DNA of 63,814 nt, filler included, from Octopus bimaculoides (Eukaryota): the NCBI RefSeq assembly GCF_001194135.2. It is 4 parts of 4 records of this genome, joined end to end, with 100 filler letters (N's around TTAATTAATTAA, not from the genome) between each part and the next. Parts side by side here need not be neighbours in the genome. Positions count along the whole stretch, not along the records: positions 14,156 to 34,519 come from NC_068981.1; positions 34,620 to 61,276 come from NC_068988.1; 2 more parts are not named here. One strand, given 5' to 3'. Position 1 is the stretch's first letter. Every line of letters begins with the position of its first letter. Both the position numbers and the translations under genes were made by a program. The notes below the pieces were generated by a model. That model worked only from the letters and a program-made list of their open reading frames with translations. It was not told where the DNA came from and did no database searches. This document shows positions 27,236-38,322 of this stretch, piece after piece.

Positions 27236-29091
27236 TCACTGCCTGGAATTGAACATACATAATTCCTCATCTCTTAAATATAGAACCGTATTATTCAAAG
27301 CAATATGAATAATAAAGAAACATTATATTTGATAGAGAGTAATTTGAATGTTAAAGGGATAAGGTGGTGTTTAAAGCATAAATTGAAATGAAATATTAAT
27401 GGAAACTTATAATATAGATCAATGAAAATATGTATCATAGATTCAGGGATGGTCTCAGGCAGTTTTGTATCAGAAGGGTTAATACCAATATACTATTTTC
27501 ATAAACACTGCAATTATGAGAAATAATGCAAAAGCATATTTGTAGCAATACTAAACATGTTTTGATGATGAGCATTCAGTTGTTTGATCAACAGAACTAC
27601 CTACTTGTTAAATTAACATGTAAGTGGCTGAGTAGTCCACAGGCATGTGTACTCTTAAAGTAATTCACAGATTGAATCTGTGTGATGCAATATATGACAA
27701 GGACGGACCTCTATATTACAGGTACATTCTATCTGACAGGCTTCCAGATAGTCTCTGTCTACCGAATTTCACTCAGAAAGCATAGATTACTCTGAGGATA
27801 TGGTAAAAAAACACTTGTCCAAGATGCGACTCTGTAAGGTTGAACCTGAGGTCACATGATTGGGAAGTGAACTTCTTAACAATTCAGCTATGACTGTTTC
27901 TACTGAAAATATATCTTCTTTTGTAAGATAATCTATATTTTCCGTTGCTATATACCTTCATCTGTTTCCTCAAATTTCCCCGAGATTACATGATGCATAT
28001 TACAATCACTGTCATTTGTGACAATAATTCAATGTATCTAAGCATTAATTTATTCAAACATGTTTTCATAGATCTGTTTTTAAATTTCTCACTAGTTCAT
28101 AGGCGCAGGAGTGGCTGTGTGGTAAGTAGCCATAGGCGCAGGAGTGGCTGTGTGGTAAGTAGCTTGCTTACCAACCACATGGTCCCAAGTTCAGTCCCAC
28201 TGCATGGCACCTTGGGCAAGTGTCTTCTACTATAGCCTCGGGTCGACCAAAGCCTTGTGAGTGGATTTGGTAGACGGAAACTGGAAGAAGCCTGTCGTAT
28301 ATGTATATATATATATGTATGTGTGTCTTTGTGTGTTTTGTTTGTCCCCCCCCCCAGCATTGCTTGACAACCGATGGTGGTGTGTTTACGTCCCTGTAAC
28401 TTAGCGGTTCGGCAAAAGAGACCGATAGAATAAGTACTGGGCTTACAAAGAATAAGCTCTGGGGTTGATTTGCTTGACTATAAAGGCAGTGCTCCAGCAT
28501 GGCCGCAGTCAAATGACTGAAACAAGTAAAAAAGTAAAAAAAAAGAGAAAAAGAGTATTTAAATAAGCAACTTACCCAAACTGTCAACTAAGTGGATAGG
28601 GGCACACTTTATACATTGTTCAAATGTTAGAGTACCAGTGCCAAAGACCTTGCATAAAACACATTGTTTCATCCTCTCACACTTGTTGACACATGTCTGA
28701 AGTAGAAGACGTGAATAATTTTAAATAATTTAGAATTTATATTGTCAGTAGAAAAAAATAAACAAACAAACAAGAAACACATGCATCAAAGTGAAGAAGT
28801 TATATGTAAATAGGTTGCAATGAAACAGAAAGGATCAGCTCATGAGAAAACAGAAAATAGCACTATTAAAACCAATATAATTTGTTAGATAATGACCAAT
28901 CAGAAGTGAGAAAGTATACCTGGTTGCATTATGATGTGGAAGACAATGCATAATACAGGTAATCTTTTATTCTGTGTTAACTCAACTTTGAGAATAAAAT
29001 TGGTGTAATGTAGATTTCTTTTTCCATTTTGCATGTTTGTTTATGTAACATAAAACTTATGTAACATCTTTTATCTTTACTTGTTTCAGTC

Positions 29092-29151
<60 letters not shown>

Positions 29152-29433
29152 TTGATTTTCTTTATATATTTGATTCTCTATATTTAATACTCAATATTTC
29201 ATATATTCAATAAGACATTCAACAATTCATTTCATTTTTCATTTTACCATTTATATTATATTATATATTCCATATTCTATACCCCACATTAATTTTATGA
29301 GAATATAAATAAAACATAAAAAACAGAGTTGGAACTCTTTTAAATAACATATTCCTCTATACACGATCATACAAAACCCTTTTTTTGTATATATTTTTCA
29401 TTTTTATTTTTATTTTGTATATTTATTTTTATT

Positions 29434-29467
<34 letters not shown>

Positions 29468-30851
29468 CACACACACACACACACATGCATATGCTCTAAC
29501 ATCACATCTATGCTCTGATCCTTGTTACTTGTGAGTATACCCCGGCACTTCACCATCTCTCTCCTGCTCTCTCTTGCACTCTCCAAAAGTGTCTCTCCAA
29601 AAAAGAGGTGGTACTTCATTTTAAAATACTTACACATCTCTCAAATTAAGAAAAAAAATGTCATTAAGAAAACACTGGTCATGATATATTCAAAATCACC
29701 TTATATTTGAATATATATTATCAATATGAAAATAAGTTTCTTTTATGAAGTTACCAGAATGCAACTGTAGTTATAAATAATAGTTTCAAATTTTGGGACA
29801 GGGCAAGCAGTTTTTGAGGGGAAGGGGAAGTTGATTACATTGACCCTAGTACTTGACTGGTATTTATTTTATCAACCTCGAAAGGATGAAAGGCAAAGTC
29901 GACCTCAGTAGAATTTGAGCTCAGAATGTAAAGACAGATGAAATGCTGCTGAACATTTTTTCCTGCACTCTACCTTATTGTAGTCATAAATAATAGCTCA
30001 CAAAATACTGAGTAATAAAATACTTTACTCAGAAAAAAAAGAGAGCTATATATGGAAGATAAACTACACATCAGTATTGTTGATGGATGGGATTACCATA
30101 CACCAAAGTAGCTCTCTGACTTTTAGCCATCTAAATCAGAAGTTTTCATTTTACAAGCAAAACAGGAAGTTTGTTCACATTTAGATCATGAGCTAGAAGC
30201 ATTGAGAAATGCAAAACAGTTGTCTCTTTTCTGAAACAAAACAGTTGTCTCTTTTCTGAAACAAAACAGTTGTCTCTTTTCTGAAACAAAACAGTTGTCT
30301 CTTTTCTGAAACAAAACAGTTGTCTCTTTTCTGAAACAAAACAGTTGTCTCTTTTCTGAAACAAAACAGTTGTCTCTTTTCTGAAACAAAACAGTTGTCT
30401 CTTTTCTTAAATACAAGCTAGTATTTATATTTATTTGTATTTGAGCAACTTCATAGAAGTAACTTGTTTTCATGTTTCTCAATGCTTCTAAATTACAAAA
30501 CAATGTAAACAAATATAGTAATATGTTTCAACAATCACTTTGTGTGAAAGTGACTGTCTATAGCAAGCAGCAGAACAAATATTTGACAATAGTTAATTAT
30601 ACTTACTGGACAATCTTCACATGTTGGTCCTCTATAAGTACCTATACATGTGCATACATTGTTTGTACAGGTTCCTTTCCCATTACATAATAGCTGCAGA
30701 AAGAATCAAAATACAGCTTCATAAATATTAGTTCAGTTATACATGGTCATACTTTGTATGGTTATGACAGGGTGTGTATTTTAGGCTATGTTTATTAGTC
30801 GTTTAGTTTGATTTAGTCATTACAACTAAGACCATGTTGGACCACCACCTT

Positions 30852-30897
<46 letters not shown>

Positions 30898-33591
30898 NNN
30901 NNNNNNNNNNNNNNNNNNNNNNNNNNNNNNNNNNNNNNNNNNNNNNNNNNNNNNNNNNNNNNNNNNNNNNNNNNNNNNNNNNNNNNNNNNNNNNNNNNNN
31001 NNNNNNNNNNNNNNNNNNNNNNNNNNNNNNNNNNNNNNNNNNNNNNNNNNNNNNNNNNNNNNNNNNNNNNNNNNNNNNNNNNNNNNNNNNNNNNNNNNNN
31101 NNNNNNNNNNNNNNNNNNNNNNNNNNNNNNNNNNNNNNNNNNNNNNNNNNNNNNNNNNNNNNNNNNNNNNNNNNNNNNNNNNNNNNNNNNNNNNNNNNNN
31201 NNNNNNNNNNNNNNNNNNNNNNNNNNNNNNNNNNNNNNNNNNNNNNNNNNNNNNNNNNNNNNNNNNNNNNNNNNNNNNNNNNNNNNNNNNNNNNNNNNNN
31301 NNNNNNNNNNNNNNNNNNNNNNNNNNNNNNNNNNNNNNNNNNNNNNNNNNNNNNNNNNNNNNNNNNNNNNNNNNNNNNNNNNNNNNNNNNNNNNNNNNNN
31401 NNNNNNNNNNNNNNNNNNNNNNNNNNNNNNNNNNNNNNNNNNNNNNNNNNNNNNNNNNNNNNNNNNNNNNNNNNNNNNNNNNNNNNNNNNNNNNNNNNNN
31501 NNNNNNNNNNNNNNNNNNNNNNNNNNNNNNNNNNNNNNNNNNNNNNNNNNNNNNNNNNNNNNNNNNNNNNNNNNNNNNNNNNNNNNNNNNNNNNNNNNNN
31601 NNNNNNNNNNNNNNNNNNNNNNNNNNNNNNNNNNNNNNNNNNNNNNNNNNNNNNNNNNNNNNNNNNNNNNNNNNNNNNNNNNNNNNNNNNNNNNNNNNNN
31701 NNNNNNNNNNNNNNNNNNNNNNNNNNNNNNNNNNNNNNNNNNNNNNNNNNNNNNNNNNNNNNNNNNNNNNNNNNNNNNNNNNNNNNNNNNNNNNNNNNNN
31801 NNNATATATATATATATATATATATAATGAATGATAAGGGAACAGGAGTCATGTAACAATCTGAGGTGGGGAAAGACATCCAGAAATATGCGGATTTACA
31901 TGAGCATATTATTATAATATGGATCTTCGTCCACCTGCATGCTACTGTTGACACTGTAATATCCTTGTCGCCACTATTATGTAGTGGTGGTATTCTGTAT
32001 CTTATTATCTTTGACTCATCTATCGTGCTATCGCTGATAGATCTGCAAGACAATGACTCAATGACTTTGAAATGTCTACTTTGATGGTAACTCAAACTCG
32101 TATATATCATGTAACTGACACTGACTCCAGCTGAGAACTTGTACAATGACTCTACTACTACTGACCACCTACAATAACTGACTGTCTGACTTTGTCACAT
32201 GGGAAGTAGTATACCATTTTCACTACAGTACATATGTATTCACATATATATATCATTTTTTTTTTGTCTTGCAAGGTACTTGGTGACCCTGTCAGTGCAG
32301 GTGCTACTTAAAAAGCATCCATTCCACACTGTAAAGTGGTTGGTGTTTAGAAGGACATCCAGCTGTAAAAACCTTGCCAAAACTGACCTCTCCTGTGTTA
32401 GTACCTCGTAAAAAGCACTAAGTCCACTCTGCTGAGTGGTTGGTGATAGGAAGGGCATCCAGCTGTAAAAGTCCTGCCAAAACAGTCACAGAGGTCTGGT
32501 GCAGGCTTCTGCCTGGCTGGCTCCTGTCAAACCGTCCAACCCATGCAAGCATGGAAAAGTAGATTTTAAAATGGTGGTGATATGTATTACTGCGAATTAT
32601 TTGTTCAATCTCAGAATATTATTTGTATTTTAGAGTTCATTGAGATAAGAAGAAAGGATGGAGAACTGTAAAGAAGTTATTAATAATAAAATAAGGAAAA
32701 GCAATTACTAACTCCATTTGATGCCATACACTTATCTGTTGCTTTGGTGAGAGAACAACTTGAACCTTCAAAGCCTTTTTTGCATTGACATTCCCCACAT
32801 ACACATACTCCTTGTTTTATACCTAGGAAAAAAAATTAACATTTATTTATTTTAGGCAAATTATACATTGGAAATATATATATATATATATAATTAGTAT
32901 CTGTATTTTTAAGATAGACAGTAGACACACACGCAGAAGAAAGAAAATGAATTAAAACTTTGGTTAACTGTGTACATGATAGTGTTTTGGGCTAAAAGTA
33001 ATAAAAACATTACCTATTGCATTCATCAGTGTCGGTATTTCAAGGCATAAATATACGAGTGACCACGAATATGTAAGCAAGCTGCGTCTTCACTTAGCTT
33101 ATATCCGTCGAGACTCGCAGAGATATGCTGCGAAGTAGAATTCATATCCTTGTCTTATAGCCACATGCAGTGCATTAAAAATCAAGCCTGCAGTTAATAC
33201 AGTTTTGATCAAGGAGTAAATATTTTTTTCAAATATTAATTATAATAATAATAAAGGGTAAAAATCATTAATGATTTTTACCAGGTGGTCAGCACGGAAA
33301 TAAAACCTCATAGGTAAATTTTATAAATATTTTATAATTATATACATAATTATAACAAGGGCTTAGCTTGTGCCTCACCACGTACTGAAAAATAGATGTC
33401 AAATGACACTATTACCCCCATAAATTCTCATTTAATGTCCATCTTCCATGCTGGTAGCCATTGGACGGTTTGACAGGAGCCAGCCAGGTTGAAGACTACA
33501 ACAGTTTACTGTGTCTGTTTTGGCATGGTTTTTACAGTTGGATGCCCTTCTTAACACCAACCACCCCGTAGAGTACATTCATATATGTGTG

Positions 33592-33632
<41 letters not shown>

Positions 33633-33955
33633 GTGTATGCAGCTGTGTTATGTCCTTTGCACCAGAATTTACATCTTTCATTTCTTACAAAAATGATAAA
33701 CTCTCCAATGAGATAGAGTAATAGGATGGATGTAATCAACTGAAGCATTTAAAGGCAATGCTCCGACATGGCTGTCTTTCATTGACTGAAACCAGAAAAA
33801 GAATGAAAGAAAACCTCAGCTATAATATCTAATAATGATGATTATCAAAATGATAGATTTCCAACAAATGCTTTACCGCCACAAAGTTTTCCATCAAAGT
33901 ATTCACAGCTGTAATCATTACATTCACAAAACTGACCAGTATAGCGGTAGGAACC
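24967..33955 (-). CDS. ITGB: Integrin beta subunit(-like) gene, 3' part: 6 exons, 540 nt spliced, 179 aa plus stop (I-EGF3, I-EGF4, beta-tail; no TM or cytoplasmic tail seen)
   Basis: Manual splicing of exons 33955-33877, 32822-32713, 30693-30607, 28696-28576, 25295-25167 and 24980-24967. All introns are GT-AG and all phases are compatible (0/1,1/0,0/0,0/1,1/1,1/stop). Peptide: GSYRYTGQFCECNDYSCEYFDGKLCGGIKQGVCVCGECQCKKGFEGSSCSLTKATDKCMASNGLLCNGKGTCTNNVCTCIGTYRGPTCEDCPTCVNKCERMKQCVLCKVFGTGTLTFEQCIKCAPIHLVDSLDDIYTKKTRHLCLFIDDYDSCRVRFALEQRPNNKMKTYVIRRKECEA*. Cys spacing matches integrin beta I-EGF and tail domains. The paralog cannot be assigned. Confidence 0.93.
25167..25295 (-). CDS. ITGB: Integrin beta exon (DDIYTKKTRHLCLFIDDYDSCRVRFALEQRPNNKMKTYVIRRK)
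   Basis: Acceptor cttttatattgtag, donor gtaaca, 129 nt; spacing matches the beta-tail C..DDC..F....NN....V...EC pattern. Confidence 0.88.
25668..25866. mobile_element. Tc1/mariner-type MITE inserted in the TA microsatellite of a SINE
   Basis: TA flanks; imperfect TIRs TGAGGCGGTACTGTAAAGTTCCTG / CAGGAACTTTTCAGCACCTTCTCA; partial relative at about 6190-6323. Confidence 0.8.
26015..26760 (-). mobile_element. Probable 5' region of a Dong/R4-like element (degenerate N-terminal ORF)
   Basis: Follows the (TAA)n tract; degenerate ORF ..IKKVVENDLNVSQERNDEAEE..; assignment from recall. Confidence 0.5.
26800..27175 (-). mobile_element. Dong/R4-clade non-LTR retrotransposon 3' end in a (TAA)n tract
   Basis: EKLSKYKDLEIEVTRMWNLKTETIPIIVGALG..QKIALLGTAHILRK is the C-terminus of a restriction-like endonuclease; TAA repeats on both sides. 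Confidence 0.88.
28098..28545 (+). mobile_element. SINE family 1 full-length young copy with a duplicated 33-bp head
   Basis: tRNA-like head, CORE-like block, internal (TA/TG)n, 3' GACTGAAACAAGTAAAA tail. Confidence 0.92.
28576..28696 (-). CDS. ITGB: Integrin beta exon (TCVNKCERMKQCVLCKVFGTGTLTFEQCIKCAPIHLVDSL)
   Basis: Acceptor tcttctacttcag, donor gtaagt, 121 nt, beta-tail C-V-x-C-x-x-F-x-x-G motif. Confidence 0.92.
30212..30407. repeat. 25-bp minisatellite, 7.8 identical copies (CAAAACAGTTGTCTCTTTTCTGAAA)
   Basis: Units start at 30212, 30237 ... 30387; lies within an integrin intron. Confidence 0.97.
30607..30693 (-). CDS. ITGB: Integrin beta exon (LLCNGKGTCTNNVCTCIGTYRGPTCEDCP)
   Basis: Acceptor ttctttctgcag, donor gtaagt, 87 nt, I-EGF4. 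Confidence 0.93.
32713..32822 (-). CDS. ITGB: Integrin beta exon (GIKQGVCVCGECQCKKGFEGSSCSLTKATDKCMASNG)
   Basis: Acceptor ttttttttcctag, donor gttagt, 110 nt, motif G-x-C-x-C-G-x-C-x-C-x-x-G-F-x-G-x-x-C. Confidence 0.93.
33877..33955 (-). CDS. ITGB: Integrin beta exon (GSYRYTGQFCECNDYSCEYFDGKLCG)
   Basis: Acceptor atatttttag, donor gtaaag, 79 nt, I-EGF motif Y-x-G-x-x-C-E-C. Confidence 0.93.
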
Positions 33956-34199
33956 CTAAAAATATATGAATAGAATGAAGAAATCAGTAACAGTTTATTT
34001 CTAAATTATGTTTTTCTTCAATAATTTACAGTAGAGACAAATTTTGAGAATTTTCTTAACTAAATTTTAAAATTTTAGGGTTTTGAAAGAAGCTATCATA
34101 AATGAGTTGATTCAGGTACCTAAATAGATTGGCTTTGAATTCAAGGATATATATGGATAGAATGTGAAACAAATCATCAAGTTGAGTTTGAGCAATTAA

Positions 34200-34419
34200 C
34201 CTTTTTGATACCAACCCACCTGAGACCACTTCTAATTTGATGATACAGGCTTCTTGTTTACAGTGTTCTAAATAAAAACCTTCCATCAAATTTCATGTTA
34301 ATTTATATTCCAAACACCAGTTTAATAATGTCAATGTTATTTTACTAAACTATTCATTATTTTCACTTGTAGTTGAAGCAAAAGCAGTGTATTTCAAACA
34401 AAATATGGTAATAAAAGAG
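34200..34419. mobile_element. piggyBac-type MITE
   Basis: TTAA on both sides; termini CCTTTTTGATACC / GGTAATAAAAGAG; related copies at about 27.3-27.5k and 57.3-57.95k. Confidence 0.75.
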
Positions 34420-34519
34420 TTAAAGACTGGATTTCAGAAAATAAACAGATTGATTTTGGTCAAATAAATGAGTTAACTTAAGACAATGAAACCTATTGAT
34501 TTTGAGCATATATATATAT

Positions 34520-34619
34520 NNNNNNNNNNNNNNNNNNNNNNNNNNNNNNNNNNNNNNNNNNNNTTAATTAATTAANNNNNNNNNNNNNNNNNNNNNNNNN
34601 NNNNNNNNNNNNNNNNNNN
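34520..34619. other. Artificial contig join (44N-TTAATTAATTAA-44N)
   Basis: Identical 100-nt structure occurs three times. Confidence 0.95.
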
Positions 34620-35627
34620 ACGTGTAAATGTATATGTGTGTGTGTATGCACACACAAATGAACAGGACAATTTGAGATTCAAAGCCTTAGAAAAATGGAG
34701 AACGGGGAAAAGGAGGAGGGAATAAACACGAAAGTGGAATGTTTGAGTCAAGAAGGAAGTAGATTTTCATGAGCAGATTTGGATGACTATAACAGAGCAA
34801 TAATAATAATAATAATCCAAAAATAGACGTCACTGAAAAGACAAACACTTAACGGTTGTCATCGCCCCGCCGCCATAGCCATCATCACTACCAAATACAT
34901 CAACTAGTGTGTGTTAGATATCCTTGTAAAGGAACGGCCTAAAAGGAAACACGGAGTGGAGAGGCACCATAGCAATTAGCAATATTAAAAACATATTCAG
35001 TGAAATTAATATTTACGGCACGGCTCCATATTTTAAAAACATCACAAGCACTCACACACTCGAGCATGTGTATAGGATGGGAAATTTGGGGAAGGGGGTC
35101 CGATGCGGTGAGGGAGGCGGCGGGGAGAAAGAGTTGAAAGGGAAAAGAGGGCAAAAGAAAAACAGGAAGCTACAAAGATGATATGATGTTAAGATGGTTG
35201 TGGAAACAGTTATGTGATGCAAAAGAAAAATCTAATAGCGGTGGTTGTTTATTGCTTGATGTTTTTTTTTTTTAACCAACTCCCCTAAGACTCGTTTGAG
35301 AATAGTTTGGACAGCTTTCAACAATCAGCTTTTACTAATTTTATTTTCCTCTTGTATTAATGGAAAAATAAATAAATGCAGGCGATCCATACACATGTGT
35401 GTGTGTGTGTGTGTGTTTTATAGTCGCATGAGAAAAATATGTCGATCTAAAACGTGTATCTTTAAAACAGAATTTAAAAATGTATGGGCGAATGATTTTG
35501 TGTGTGTACGTATCTAGATGTGTGTACATATCTGTGTGCGTGTGTGATGTAATCGCGTGAGAAATTGTGGTTATCAAACGTGTAACTTTAAAAAAATGTT
35601 TGGGTGAATGCCCTTATGTGTATGTAC

Positions 35628-35658
<31 letters not shown>

Positions 35659-37002
35659 CTTTAATACATACTAAGGAAGTCGCTAATTGTGATCAGTTTA
35701 GGAGTTTACTAACATTATCCATAATTATAATTGACGGCTACCACCTTCCACAACATGTATCTCCGGTTCTCTAAATCTCAATGCGAAACTGATTGATAAG
35801 ATCGGCTGAAATGGATCTATAACGCTGAACACTTTGATTAATATACTCACTCTGCAGACAAATATACGAGTGCATATTCTTAGACGACTATATAACTTGC
35901 CTGAAGATGTACATTATTAATTTCTATTATGGTATAGGTATTGGGTACTCTTTTAACACTAAATGTGTGTGTGTATATATACGAGAAAGAGAGAGAGGTG
36001 GGGGTAGATGTGTCAAACACGAAACTCTCAGCCCTTGAGTAACAATCCACTGCCGATTTATATATGTGGGTGTGTGAACGTACGTATGTATGTGTAGAAA
36101 GCCAACACCAGGAACGATAACTCAGTATTGCTCCATAAACCTAGTCTCGGGTTTTATAAATAGTTAATGACACAATAGTCATTCAAAAATTCATTTTACC
36201 CGAACAGAAAGAAAAGAAAATATCCCGATCTCTCTCCCCCGTCCCAGTCCCCAAAAAGGAAAAAAATAATATTTTTAAATCTCTAATTATTTTATTGTAC
36301 ATAATATCAAACTCCAAAGCGTTTTATTCTTAGAAAAGCAATGTTCTTACATAGTAATCTATCAACAGGATGGAGTTTTTTTCTAATGATTGTTTTTATT
36401 ATATATTTTGGGGAGATGTTTCAAATGACAAAAAAAATATATTTTCAGCAAATTAAAATCAGAGAAATGAAATATGATGCTTTATTTTCTAAGTTACATA
36501 TTTATAAGAGCCTCAGGAGCAATGATTCCTTGAATTAAGTTCCGCAGAAACCCAATCATCCGTGAAAGAATTCTAGGGTTCCGGCCTATGAGAACATCCA
36601 ATAAAAAATTTATTTTACTAAAAAAAATGTCATTCACAATTTTAGAATTTTCAAAATAACAAGTTATACGGCCTATTTTTACACGGATAAATCCCCCATT
36701 CCGCTTAAACAATTATTATTTCATTTATAAAGGTTTATTGCAAAGTGACGGATGTTTCCTAAATGGGTTCTGCTATTTTGGGCGAAAATCCCAACAGGGT
36801 TCCGAGATATTATCTCTTAAAATAACTTATCTCGAGATTTAATGAAAGCAATGCTTAAATACTGAATAATCTTCAAGAAGTGAAACTTGGAAGTCATAAT
36901 ATATATGTGTATGTATATGCGAGTATGTATATATATATATATAATTTTCCAGAGGATGTAGCAACTGTTACCAATATAGTATATATATATATATATGGTA
37001 AT

Positions 37003-37045
<43 letters not shown>

Positions 37046-37721
37046 GCACACACGTTATTTCTTTGTGAAAATACGATTCTATTCGAAAAAAGAAGCATGA
37101 ATGAAGAAATCATAAACAAAGAAATTCTTTACTTAATAAATGAAAAAAATGTCAACTGGTTGATTAATTGATAAGTTTAAGTCACAAAGAATTCACCTCA
37201 AAGAGCTGATGTAACCCGATGTTCGATTACAACTGAATCAACAGAAATAGGAAGAATCGATTGAAGCCAAAATCTATAGAAAACATTTATAAAATAAATG
37301 AAAATGCAATACAAAATGTCCATATATAATTAACTAAAACCTCAGATCGTAAACATCAACAGCAGTAGACATACACTATATAAATTATATGATAGACAGA
37401 TAGATTTAAGACATCAAATATGTATATAGTAACCTACAGATGTGTGTGTGTGTGTAGTGTAGTGTATGTGTTTATATACATTATACATACATGTCGATAT
37501 CTTATCTGTCTGTGAGACGGACGAAACACATATTGCATGGTAACATACAGAAATATTTACCTTATCGTTATCTTTAACAGCGTTTTTCCGACTCCAGTTC
37601 GCATTGCTGGGAGCTCGTTTCTTTTTTTTGCTAGTCATAACCATTTATCAGCTTATACGAGCGATTGACAACATATCCGTGGTGAAGAAAAAGAAATGTA
37701 TCTGGAGTCTAACACCATAAC

Positions 37722-37729
37722 TGACGTCA
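37722..37729. promoter_or_regulatory. Palindromic CRE TGACGTCA
   Basis: Exact 8-bp CRE, notable because CpG is rare in this window. Confidence 0.25.
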
Positions 37730-37874
37730 AAGGTGATAACAGGTCCGGGCTGAAGAAAAGGTCACGAGTCGAAAAGTAATAGTTAAATATTTAATAGTTA
37801 ATATGATATTCTTACAATTAAGTTTGGTGATACAAAAAGAAAAAAATAGAACTCAAAACATGAATAAATATTAC

Positions 37875-37907
<33 letters not shown>

Positions 37908-38311
37908 CAATCGGCAGAAGTTACAGAGTGACTCAAGGGTCAATAGTTTCGCTTATTAACAACACACATCAAACTTAAAATTATAAATAGAATAATTTTT
38001 CTTTATTTGTTGAAATAATATATTTTTTAGCAATCATCAATTATATTTTTCTGGACTTTTTTTATTATTGGGAATTTTTTTTTTAATTAACAAACCTATT
38101 TGAGAATTTTCTTTATTCATTAAAATAATATTTTAAACAATTATCATTTATAATATTTTCTGGAATTTTTTTTTTGTCGTTGTTTGAATTTTTTTTTAAT
38201 CATCAGATCTATTTTAAAATATTTCTAGTCGTCCCCCCACCACCGCGTCAACTCTACCTTCTTATTCTGCTGATTTCATATCCGCAGTGAATGTAGTAAC
38301 AGCGTGAGAAA

Positions 38312-38322
38312 AAAATGGCGGC
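38312..38322 (+). promoter_or_regulatory. YY1-type motif AAAATGGCGGC in a CpG-retaining promoter-like zone
   Basis: Exact match to the extended YY1 consensus; CpG-containing flanks; binding not demonstrable from sequence. Confidence 0.4.

Noticed and set aside
30212-30407. CRISPR array or repeat-protein ORF
   Set aside because: No spacers, eukaryotic intron; a simple minisatellite.
31830-32146. About 100 codons open on minus beside a gap
   Set aside because: No splice signals or recognisable motif; possibly decayed LINE sequence.
36494-36712. 72-aa minus ORF
   Set aside because: AT-rich, with repeated GGGTTCCG words suggesting a decayed DNA transposon; no homology recognised.
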